NCBI GenBank assembly: GCA_002633005.1
Contig: NMRA01000056.1
Coordinates: 505,165 to 569,164, forward strand
DNA: 64,000 nt
DNA from: Phoronis australis
Taxonomy: Eukaryota; Animalia; Phoronida
Direction of reading: 5' to 3'
Shown here piece after piece: positions 25,601-37,600 of this stretch (the stretch's first letter is position 1; the number at the start of each line of letters is the position of its first letter). A program made the position numbers and the translations under genes. The notes under the pieces are model-generated. The model worked only from the letters and a program-made list of their open reading frames with translations, did not search any database and was not told the DNA's origin.

Positions 25601-28600
25601 CAAGTAAACAAAGCTGAACTCCACAAAGAGGAGGGTATGCTGATAAAGCTAATCCCCCCTTGGGAATCAGGAATGGCTCTGTCCTTTGTTTGCACACCTT
25701 TGAAAAGTGCTGGTCTGTTTACCTTTCTCTGGCCTGTCTCACCACCCTGTGAACCCATCCCAGTATTAGAGTTGGACCGAGCCATTATGTCCCACACCCC
25801 TCTCTTCCCTAGTGGTTGGGCTGAATGCCTGAATAAATATGTTATCATTGCCACTCAGCCTATTGTGGTGAGCAGACATTGACTGTTGTGTCATTATACA
25901 GGCAGCCCACATGTGCAGGAGGATGTTGTAAGACTGCCAGCTCACTGTTCATATTTGATTAGAGGCTTTATTCAGTGGAGCCACAACCTGCTCTATTTGC
26001 TCAGCTACGTTTGTCTTTGTCAACTCTATCTGTCCAGTTCATACCTTCAAGTGTTGTCAACGGTGTGCTCATTCTGTTGAGCAGTTCGCGCTTACACACT
26101 TGAGTCACTGCGCCTTTTCTCTCACTTGTGATCTAGTCAGGGCCACAGCATGTACTGTATTGGCTACACGTATCCTGGTGTTCCGATGCAGCAGCACGCC
26201 GCACCGGTTCCCACAGCGCCAGCCGGCTACTCGTTCAAGCCGGACACTCCGGCAGCGTTTCTACCTCAGGACTTCCAACTACAGATGTTACCCGGGCAAC
26301 AGCCGCTGCAGATGTTGCCTGGCGGCCAGATGATTCCGACTTCACAGGCAGTCATGCCCACAGACACATTAGTGCCTCATACCCAGGCATTCAAAAGAGA
26401 GGCTCTCAAGGTATGATCAAAGTGTAAATCGATGGGTGTACCTCTCTATTTCCCGTCTCATTAGGCATTGCACGAGTGGATTTTGGGGTTTTCAAACAGA
26501 GGTAGGCAAGCTCTACGTTTGGGCTATCCGTACTTTTTAGTTTCGTGATATTTTATTCACAGTGTCTTTCTCATCCGTCTCAAAGCTGTGTGTCCACAAT
26601 TCGTGCATGCGCAGCAGGCACGGACAAAGAAAATATTAATGAGTTATGACTGTCCAATGTGAGAAATTGATTTTCGTCAGCATTCATAACAAATAATTAT
26701 TGATTAGTAGTCCTGACTTTGTTTACTCGCTCGTCGTGGCTTATTTGTTCAGTGTGGATGACACTGTTTATAGGGAGTGCTGGGACATGGCATTTCCATA
26801 TCGACTACTCAGACTGCTTTCTGGTGATATCTGAGTAATGCACCATAATGACCTGATGGTTTCTCTAGATAGCGCAGGAACTTCCTTTCCACTATAATCA
26901 CCCAATCATGCTTTTACAATTGATTATTAATGTGGTTAAGGATGTTAACTCACATGTCAGGAACACCCCAAGCGCGTATGTTAACTCACATGTCGGGAAC
27001 ACCCCAAACGCGTATGTTAGCTCACATGTCGGGAACACCCAAACAAGTATGTTAGCTCACATGTCAGGAACAACCCAAATGCGTATGTTAGCTTACATGT
27101 CAGGAACACCCCAAACACGATGGGGTTTGTATCTTTTAGACAGATCATTCTCAGATGCATCGAAAGTCTGTCTTGCCTCCCGTTGCCTTTCCTGTGAACA
27201 ACGCTAGAGTTACTATTACTTCTAGGGATTAAACGCCAGGTGGCATTGTTAATTTGCGTTGCCGTGGTCTGAATGAGTGTGTTACATCTCACAACCTCAA
27301 TAGTGATTACAGGGTAATATTGAGCAGCTCTATAGTGTAGTCCAGTGGTGCTGTGGTTACACTTTCCCACTGACTGAAATTACACAAAACAAGAGTTGCA
27401 ATTTTGTTGGGAAAGCAACAGAAAACCTGTTCCTTTAGTGTGCAAATGGGATCCGGCATGATGTCCTCCCTGGCGAGACTGTTGTTGAATATGTAGTTAC
27501 ATTAACCATAGTCATCACCTGTATGAACTGAGATGTCCCTATTCAATGAAATGTTAAACATTTTGAATAGAAACCAGCCTTCATTCATAGATGAAGCTCA
27601 GCTGTAACCCTTTGCCCTCAGCCTTGTGGATTACAAATATGGTTATCTTATCAGAGTTGAGGTGTACATACAAGACAACAGCTAGCATGTGCCATGAAAA
27701 TGAATAGCTCCCACAAGTTTGTTTGTTTGCCATTACTAATGGGATAGTCTCCATTCCGGATTTGAATCCCAGACCAAAGGTTTAGGTAGTGAATCATCAA
27801 CAAATGTGATCAGTTATTCTAAATATGCAGTTATCTTCAGTGAAATGGCACAAAAATATTCGTCAAAATTATGATTTTTCAATTTTCATAAATATATTAG
27901 GCTTAGAAAGACATATGATATTACAATATCACCAGATACCTTGCTGCAAACAATGGAAACCTTACATCTACACAGTACAAACCATGCTACGTAGACGTGG
28001 ACAAAAAGTTTGTTAATAGCTATTTGTGGGGAAATTTGATGCAACAGAATTTCACTTGACAATTGTGTGCTAAATTAGTGAAGAACTACCTATTATTGTT
28101 CTTCTTGGCATGATACATCAGTATGAAATCTTTCCTCACTGAGATATTGGAATGGCTGGCCGCACTGGGAATTTCAGTTTTCCGCATTGGGTTTGAGTTG
28201 TTCAAGGGAGGCTGGAAGCTTCAGTCCTAAAGGTCTTGCTTAGGTCAGTGTTTCCCCCTGATAACCCAAGTACTTCAAGTGCACAGCAACATGGCCGACA
28301 GGAACAGGGAACTCAAACTTTCTTTGTTTAACTCCTCTCTTGTTAACACTAAGGTCTTGGTTTGTGCTCTATGGTTGACCACAGCGACCACAGTGTGGTT
28401 TTTTCTTCATTACCAGAATTTCTTACCAAAAATGACACGCTCTGAAGGTTGACAATAGCTGATTTCTATTTTTGATTTCACTTCACATATATCTATTTCG
28501 CCAACAACTAATGTTGCCTGTGAATTATTCGATGAATGTAAGTGGTTTTCAATAACTTCAGAATAATTAAGATAACCAAAGTGCAAGATTGCCACTATTT

Positions 28601-31600
28601 CTAGAGGGTGACTTCATAGGAACAAGAATACTTCAAATGCTTTTGTGACTTCAAAGTCACTGTCTTATGTAATGCTGAGAACAATTCACATGCATGGCTT
28701 TATTTAGTTAGCTGTTTTGCCACCATGTGAACTCTGGTCTAATGCCTTGATCACCCATTGTGAGATGTTCAGCCAGTCCTGCCAATTGACAGTGTCTCAG
28801 CATGTTCACCTATTTTTCTTCAGATCAGTAGTGGTGATTTTTATGCCAACATCATGTGTGCTCCTGATAATCTCTCGATAGGCATCCAACTTTATGGCAG
28901 TGTGGCCATTTTCTGTAGCAAGCTCCATCGGGATTTGCATCAGAAGCCCTCTGTGGTAAGCAGTGGTCCCAGATCTTCTTTGTGTCTCAGCTGCACTCTT
29001 CCAGGCTGGTGATTCATCTGGTGACCCATGAAGTGTTTACACTGGGGTCTTCAGGAATCATCCCCCTGTTTACTCAAAGGCAGATAAAAGATCCTCAACT
29101 CTGACAGATCTAACCATTTATGCCCTAGCCAGTTACAGGTAATATCCATCTGGCCATGCAGTGTCCCCGGGGAGTTCTGTGTTTGTTTTTGGGTAGCTAG
29201 CTGTGTATAGGTGCTTCTTATGTAGTTAGCTTTACTTTCAACTCTGTTGAAATCCTGGGTAAAGAATGAGCCTTTCAACTCCTCTATTTTTGCGCAAAAT
29301 AAGTTGCACCAGAGAACATTTTGGAACTGAAACTAATGTCATGAAGTCATTTGCACGCAACCAACTTTGTGTATGGTTAGTTAATTGATTTCTCTGTTTA
29401 TGAATGGCAGTGCTTTGTTTCTAGATAAGTCTTCTGGACTGTTTTCTTTATTGCCTATTCATCCCAACGAGTTACAAGCATATTCGAATTTGCCTCCTAA
29501 GTTACATTCGGTCACTGGGTGCCTTTCAGTTGAGACTCTGCCAGGGGCGTGACAAGACCGTCATTACACTTTTTAAACCCTTGGAACATGGTGGTGCATT
29601 GACGTTACCTGTCTAATGCAATTTGGCGGGCAGCTGAGTCACAGTTCCTCTGCGCTGATGTCAAGAGATGAGGGGACCTGTATCTCAGCATCGAACAGCA
29701 GTGTGGCTCTGGGTCTGACTAATGGGCACTGGAACTCAATGCCTGAACTGAAACATCAACTCTTGCTGAGTTACTGCGCATGACCCGCTGACTATACGGA
29801 GAACGGAGTACCTGTTTGCAATCTATGTTTGCAACTAAAAGAATCAAATTAAACTCTGGTCGTTTCCACAAGTTGCTTTTTTTTAAATTGCAATTTGATT
29901 GTACACCTGATTCGATATCTTTGTCCATGTGGAAGTTTCCAGCTTACATAATACCACCAAAGCCTTGTCTGCACACTCACAGGTTTTCATATTTGGCTTT
30001 GTTGTGTGTTGACTGTGGTCCAAAAGCCATACATGATGTCGCATACAAAGAAACAGAAAAAACCTGCAGGCAAAAAGTAGAAAAAACAATACTTTGTTGT
30101 CAGCTGCCATTAGTTCGTTCGTGATGTTCAGGTCTGGCATTCAGTTTCTTTTGTTTAGCATGCGATGCGACAAACAAGTGAATTTCTATTTTGTCAAATT
30201 TCTTCACAAAAAATAAATATTAAAGTTTTATTCCAATAGTAAGTATAGTCTGTATTGTGTAGATGTCATAAAACGTTGAATTCTACATTCTTTGTGGCAA
30301 AGTAATCGGCCTTTGGAAAATGGAAAAATGAAAACTTTGGAAATTATATTTGTGCGAAATAACTGGAAATTACACTAGACAATTACTGGAAATTATGCTA
30401 GACTGTCTCGCCATTTGCCACAAAATTTTTTTTGGTTTTTGGTTATTTTTGAATTGTAATAAACAGAATATTGTACTTCATCCAGTCAAAAAATTTACCT
30501 GAACAATAAAAAATCACCATTCACCTTTATTGAGCTTTTGCCATTTTACCATTGCTGTTCTAGCTAACCACCATGACATGTCAAATCTACTGATAGCATT
30601 TCTCATTTATAGCATTTCTCATTGAGCAGGGCAGTTCATGGAAAGTTGCAATTGACCTTGTGTGTCATGCAGGGTGTAGCGTGAAACTAAGTTCTAAATT
30701 AAGGTTTGCATAAACTGGATATAGGGGCGCATCATGGTAATGGTGATTATTTGTAGTGCACTCGTATTAAATGACTTACGACCACCGTTTCCTCTGTATT
30801 TAAACCCAGTGATTATCCCCTCTGTTACCAGCCTGGTCATGACATTGTGAACGGCGCAGTACTAATTGCACGCAAGTTTACAAGTGCCAACATGGGCCAC
30901 GGTGCTTTGGTTACTGTGAAATTTCTGTTGGGGCTGCGATCGTTTGTTTTTGAGTGATCTAAAATGGATAGAAAGGGTTTTTTTTCGTTTGTTTTAGTGC
31001 TGAATTGACTCCATCAGTTCATTTTTAACTTTACGCGTGGTCATTTCAAGCCTGGCTGGAGAGGATCAAAGTCAACGTGGCTAAATTCAAGCATGTCAAG
31101 TCCAAGCATGCGGTTGAGAACTTTTCCACTGGCACTGAATATGAAAAACTTGTCCTTACCTATATCAATATCATAGTACGTAATTTATAGTGTTAAGATA
31201 ATGAGCATTAGTAAATCATGAAAGGGTGTATTTTCCTGATAATTTTCTTAAGCTCAGCTAATTTTGATTTGAGAAGTGGTGTCATTTACAAATTAAATTA
31301 TGACTTTCCTGTCTTCGTGATTCTAGTTTGGATCCACAGGAAGTGTACGTTTCATTGTAATTGCGTGGTGTCGAGTTGATTCCTGTGATGCTGAAAGTCT
31401 ACAAATCGATGGATATTAAACAGTTTCGAAAACACTCTAGGAGAAATGGAAATGTCATTTGTATAGAGTTGTAATAGTAGTAGTTATGTTATCTAAACCT
31501 GTATGTGTTTACTTGGCTATCTTCCGATGTATCATCCCAAAACTCATTACAATTAACCTTTAGATTAATTGGTTTACCATTAATTATTCAAACTCCCGAT

Positions 31601-34600
31601 GTTGAATTTATGAATAATTAATACTTTTCTCAACTTTCATTTGTTTAACTACCTCATTTCCATTTTACTTTGTATTGATCATACATATATTACCGGGCTC
31701 ATTCCGTTTGCCTGGGAAGTCAGTTTGAACCATGGGTTGTAGTGCATCGTAGATTAAGATTAAAGCCCATCGGAAACCAGTGCAATATACAGTAATTGTA
31801 CACCACCATTACTCTAATTTTTCAAAATCATTGCAAGTTTGAAGGAATGCGTTACTTCAGCCTGAGCCAATTTTACAAAATTTGTTCGAGAACATCTGTG
31901 CAATTTGAACCTTGCCGATGTGTTTACTAGAGTTTTTGGTATTCCAGACGTAAATTTTCCCAAAGAGGGAAACGCAGTTTCTGCAATTTTGTGAATTTTG
32001 ATTTAAGTAAGCCTTTGCCATGTTTAGCAGTTTAACGGGGTTTTGCTAAGAATAAAAGTGTCCGATTGCAGCTCAAAATGAAAACCACCAAAAAATCTTG
32101 AACCGTTTTGTTTTGTATTGGTGATGCATCAACTCTTTGAATTGCATTGTTGCAAATTTGAAATATAGCTCAAACTCTAAAATCTCTTATTGGTTTGAAA
32201 TGTTTAGCTTGCTCTCCTCTGTTTGAGCTCTGTGGGGGTCTCTCAGTTGTTTGAATTTTAAGGTTCAGTGTATGACTGTTGTCTTGGCGATGTCATTTGC
32301 TTTTTCCAAGGACCTTTGTGGCTTATTGTGAGACTGTCATTATGCAAATGTTGCATCCAAGTTTGATGTCTTCAACCAATGCCTGAAGCAGTTGAACAGC
32401 ATTCTTGCTGTGGCGTGCTTGGTACCAATCAAAACAAGAGCGCTCGGAGGAGCGACACTTGGCGAAACTAATCGAAAACACGACGATGAGGGAGACGACG
32501 GCAATCAAGACGATCACGGCGGCAAATTATGAATAAGACGATAACACGGTAACATTAATGTGACTAGCGAAGAAATCAAATAGAGAGCAGACAATCATCT
32601 ACAATAAAGAATTAGAGCGACGACGGCAATCATGACGATCAAGGCGGCAATAATGGATAACACGGTAACATTCATGTGACTAGCGAAGAAATCAAATAGC
32701 GAGCGTATAATGAACTAGAATAAAGAACAATAGATGGCGCAACATGGCGGACGAGCCATGTCTTTTCCCACATTCTAAAATAGGTGGCGCTAAGTGACAG
32801 TCTCCAAAGCAAAGTTATGTTTACAATAAGTATTTGGCCTGAAATTGTACAGTCTACAGAGCGCTATTCAGCCACAGTTGAACAGTGCTGGCTGGGTCAG
32901 TCGGGGTCAACTAGGCATAACCAAAACAAAGTGAACTAACTGAAAGCCAGCCAGCTGCGTGCATACGTGACCGAAGGAACAACGGTATCCGCAAATCTCG
33001 AATAATTCAAAAAGTAGACGTTGTAGCGCAAAATGAAAATTATCATCTGAAAGCCCGTTCAAAACTCTATCTAAAGTGGTAGTTTGTCAAACGGGATAAC
33101 ATTCATGTGACTAGCAAAAAATCAAATAGAGAGCACACAATCAACTACAATAAAGAACAATAGATGGCTCAACGTGACGGACGAGCCATGCTTTAAAGTA
33201 GGACAGTGCTGGCTGGGTCAGTCTGGGTCAACTAGGCATAACCAAAACAAAGTGAACTGAAAGCCAGCCACTTGCGCGCTTGCATAGGGACAACGGTATC
33301 CGAAAATCTCGAATAATTCAAAAAGTAGACGNTTTGTGGCTTATTGTGAGACTGTCATTATGCAAATGTTGCATCCAAGTTTGATGTCTTCAACCAATGC
33401 CTGAAGCAGTTGAACAGCATTCTTGCTGTGGCGTGCTTGGTACCAATCAAAATAATTTTTGTTCCTAAATGTGTTACTGTTGCATTGAATATAAGACAAG
33501 ATGGTGTGATGTCTTGTTCTCCGTTTTGTGTTTTATTGGCATAACTGTCTCCCAGCCTTCAGCTTTAAAATCTGTCTGGAGAACAAATTTGCTCTGTAGA
33601 GTAAACATTTCTCACCCATACTTAATCCATCTTGTTTAATATTTACCTGCTTCATCCAAGCCTGTGTAAATATACTCAGGGCTTACTCTCTACCTTGAAA
33701 GATCATTTTCACATTCAAGGAGCTAGTGATGTGTAATTGTTTTCCAGTGACACAATATCACTAGTGTTGAATCCTCTCTTGGTGTTCTATTGTAAAGAAT
33801 AGGAGAGTTGGCAGCCATGCTAATGGTTGTCTCAGCATGATTTTCTGGTGTCACCTATTGTACTTCTATGCTGCCTATTGGTCTTTTGTGTTGGCTGCTC
33901 TCAATGCACACTATGTCCTTTGTCAGCCATTCACCTACCACCCCTGCTGGTGTCCCCTAATGGACTGGTCCATGTGATAACCCTCAGTTTCAGTGACTGT
34001 AAATCTAAACAGAGTTTTATTGTGCAGAGTGGGAATCATTGTGTCAGCATCAATACTTATAACTGATTTCGCTACAGCTTTTCTGTCTTGCACCTATTTC
34101 TCTTTTCTACCTTGACTGACTCTAGCACAGACCATGAAGGTATGACTTTCTTTGCCTGTTCCCTTTTGCTTGAAGTATTAAATCAGATCTGGATGACAAG
34201 TGACGTTTACCATATGGATCTGTGTTATCACTTGAGGCCTGCCATATTGAAATCCATGTCAATTGTTGCTCAACTGCTCATTCGCCAACATCCTCTTTGA
34301 ACAGTTTTCAACATTTAACTTTTCAAAGCCGGTGCTGGTTTTTGTAATGAAAAGCTAAATATCCAACCGTTTCCATAGTAACTGAACAGGACTTGAGTGA
34401 GAAGTTTGATGGTTGTTTTTGTGTGATAAGCTGAAGCTGTTTACTTTACCTGGTAAATCGGACTGTCCAAGTGACCGTATTGATTTTTCATAGGTCATTA
34501 ATTGAGGGGAAGGTTATTAAGTAAGGCCTTTTCCCAAGGTAGATGCTCCATTCCGCAATACTCTGGTAATCAGATTAACCCGGTTATTATAACCTCAGTA

Positions 34601-37600
34601 TCTTGTCTTATTTCCAATTATACGAATCAGCACCATGGACATCCAACATTTGTGAGTAGACAACATGTCCATGTTCTTGTTCCTCTAGTCTTCTTGTTTT
34701 ATCTGACCACTTATTTCCTATGACTCAGATTAGCAGTCATTTTACATGTTGGCTTGATGTTGCCTTGTGGTGGTTGAATTAAATGGTCTATTAATGTTCT
34801 TCCCTATTGTTGACAGGTGTTAAAACACTTTCTCTGTGGTTTTTGTCTTTCACTCTTTTATGTCTGGTAACGACTAGTCTAGGCTTCCATGCTGTCTGCC
34901 ATAACGCCCTGATGGGCAAATGACAAGTTTTTGAACTCGCTCTGAACGAACAACAACCTCAAGCTTAGTCTGCATTTATCTTTGTGGTATTTTTAAGTGT
35001 ATATATGTATATATGGTTCAAGCTGTACTGAGCTCTGGTTCTGTTATATATATATATATGTAACTTACCTTGAAAGCTATAATTTGACACAACGACCACG
35101 GTTCGTTGTTCATATTACAGCATATCATCGCAAAGAAACTTGTGTTATGAAACTAGGCAAGTAAGCACTCCCCACTTATTCTGGTTATACTGTCAGAAAC
35201 AACTTCATTCATATGTTAACATAATCTCAGTTGATGTTTTGACCCACTATCAAACAGGGCTCAGTTTAACATGAACGATTTTGGTAACGTTGTTGCTATT
35301 AGACTAAATATTCGTTCTAGAATTATCATCTCGTAATTTCATCCATGCGTTATAGGCAATATTGACACATTCATTATTTTTTGTTATTTTTTATTGTTTA
35401 ATTAATTTGAGCTTGACCCCACCCTCCCTTCACCCCCCTAGTGTTCCTTCACCAGCTTATGATATGTGGGGCACTATGAAGTTTACCTGTGTCTGATAGC
35501 AAGTAGACTGCTGGATATCTTCCCTGGAATGTTATCTTTTTGATGGTTTTACAATCTTAACTCAACAGCTCCTTGACATGTTGCATTCTACCTACGTTGT
35601 GAGTACGGTGTGAAAGATTAGGTTGGAACTGTTGCACCAAAATGCTCGGGGGGGGGGAACCTTGGCAAAAACATTGGTGTCTGTTTGTAGACTGTGCGGG
35701 AAATTGGTTGTCTTTGAGTTCTCAACAATAGTTGAACACGTAATCCACGTGTTATGAATACGTGCTAATTGGCTGAACAAACGATGACGAGCGAGGTCCC
35801 CTTTTGTTTGTCAAACTCCAGAACAAAATGAAAACTCGTATCTGCAATAAGTCAAAACGAGAAAAATTGAAGTCGGTTCCCCTTATTGGTTGACTACAAG
35901 GAGTTCTTAAAGCTCAAGCCAAGGAGTAAGTACCCAAACACTTGGTTGAAAGATGTTGCCAACTCTGGGAAGACACAGTTAGTTATTCACTCAACAAGTG
36001 AAGAGAAGTGAATGCCAAAGACAAACAAGTCATTACTGACTGATTGAGGGTGCTTCATAATAACTGTTATTACCACAGCACAGCTCGTCTGCTTGATCAC
36101 CTGTATTTAGCAGCATAGTCATTACTCAGTTTCCCTTGAGTGCCATCTGTGTTTTCAGCAGGCTGTGATGCAAACATATTGCGATAAATGCTGGCGAGAT
36201 CAATTAATAGGAGAAAGCATCCTTAGTGATTGTTTATAGAAGCACTGTAAAAATAAGAATGGCGGCCATTAGATGTGCTTTGGCTTGAAGTACTGCATTA
36301 AAGGTGCAAAACTCTCGGGATTATGTGGCAGTAACTCCACCTGTTGTTTTTGCGGGGAATTAGTCTGTTCCCCTGCTTACTGGCATCCATGGTTTCATGC
36401 ATCAATGAGGTGGTCTGAGGCTCTCTGTGCTGCTGTAATCAACGTGCAGAGTAAACACGCCGCATATCGCTGATTATTCAAACCTCAGAATAAGTTGGTG
36501 TTTGGATATGAAAAAGTCAACATCATTGCAAGTTTCATGTCTTGAGTAGATGTAGCAAAACTTGGCTTAACCAGAAAGGTGAATTATGGCTTTTCTGAAG
36601 GCCATCTAGCTCAAAATAGAGCGACATGCTTCATCCAAGTTCTACCTATCCAACTTTTGTCACACACACTTACCTGTATGCTGTGCTAAGTTACTAGTTA
36701 TTATGACACACTCATGAGCCAATAGCAGTCTTCCTTTACCTTGTTTAGTCCACTTGCTCATGGTTGGCATTGGGTCTTGTATGTCATGGCAGTTATTGTT
36801 GGCCTATAAAATTTTAAAGTTGCATTTTGCCACGATTACGTGGCTAAAAGGGAAATTGAATTGGTCCTTTTACTCTCATAAAATCTGTGTCATAATAGTA
36901 CTTACTGTGATTAGTTGGATTCTATTTCCGTTATGCTGTTGTTGATAACGAAAATAGAATCCTATCACGGTAAGGAATATTACGAGAGCAATTTTATGAG
37001 CGTAAAACGCCCGTTAGATTTTCGTTTTTTGGCCTGCTAAACAGGGTGAATGCAGCTTCACATATCACCATTATGCATCGATTAACTGAACTTTGAACTA
37101 CACATTTCTTCAATTCAAATTGTTTATTTAATATGTACAGCGGTAGTCTGCTGAATCCAGTTGTAGCCAATTTCCCTCCCAATGGGTTTGAGAAAAATGC
37201 CATGGACAACAACATTGTTAAACTGCATGACATCACCCGGCTGTCTGCCCAGGTCGCCACTTGCATCACTCATCCGAATTAATTGCATTACTCTGCTGTT
37301 AATAAGCGATGATCATTAAGATTTGTTATGTTTAGGATGACATTTTGTTTTATTGTTGACATATGCTAGTAACGAGTCCTTAATTGGCCCGGAATGGCTG
37401 GCACATGTTCCAAGTTTAACTTGAGAATTGCAGCAAACGTTTTAGCCTGCTATAAGATACCTTTATTTGTGTTTGGTCTTGGGTTCTTTATTGGAGGGAC
37501 CTTTTATTTGCAGGGACCAGTCTCTGTGGGTGGTGATATCTTTGCTTTTATTGTTCCATGGCAATATTGGTCTGGCCAAAGTGTGTATTTTTCAATATGG

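Noticed and set aside
26941-27118. 36-bp repeats resembling a CRISPR array
   Set aside because: The units are head-to-tail with no unique spacers, and the context is a eukaryotic intron.
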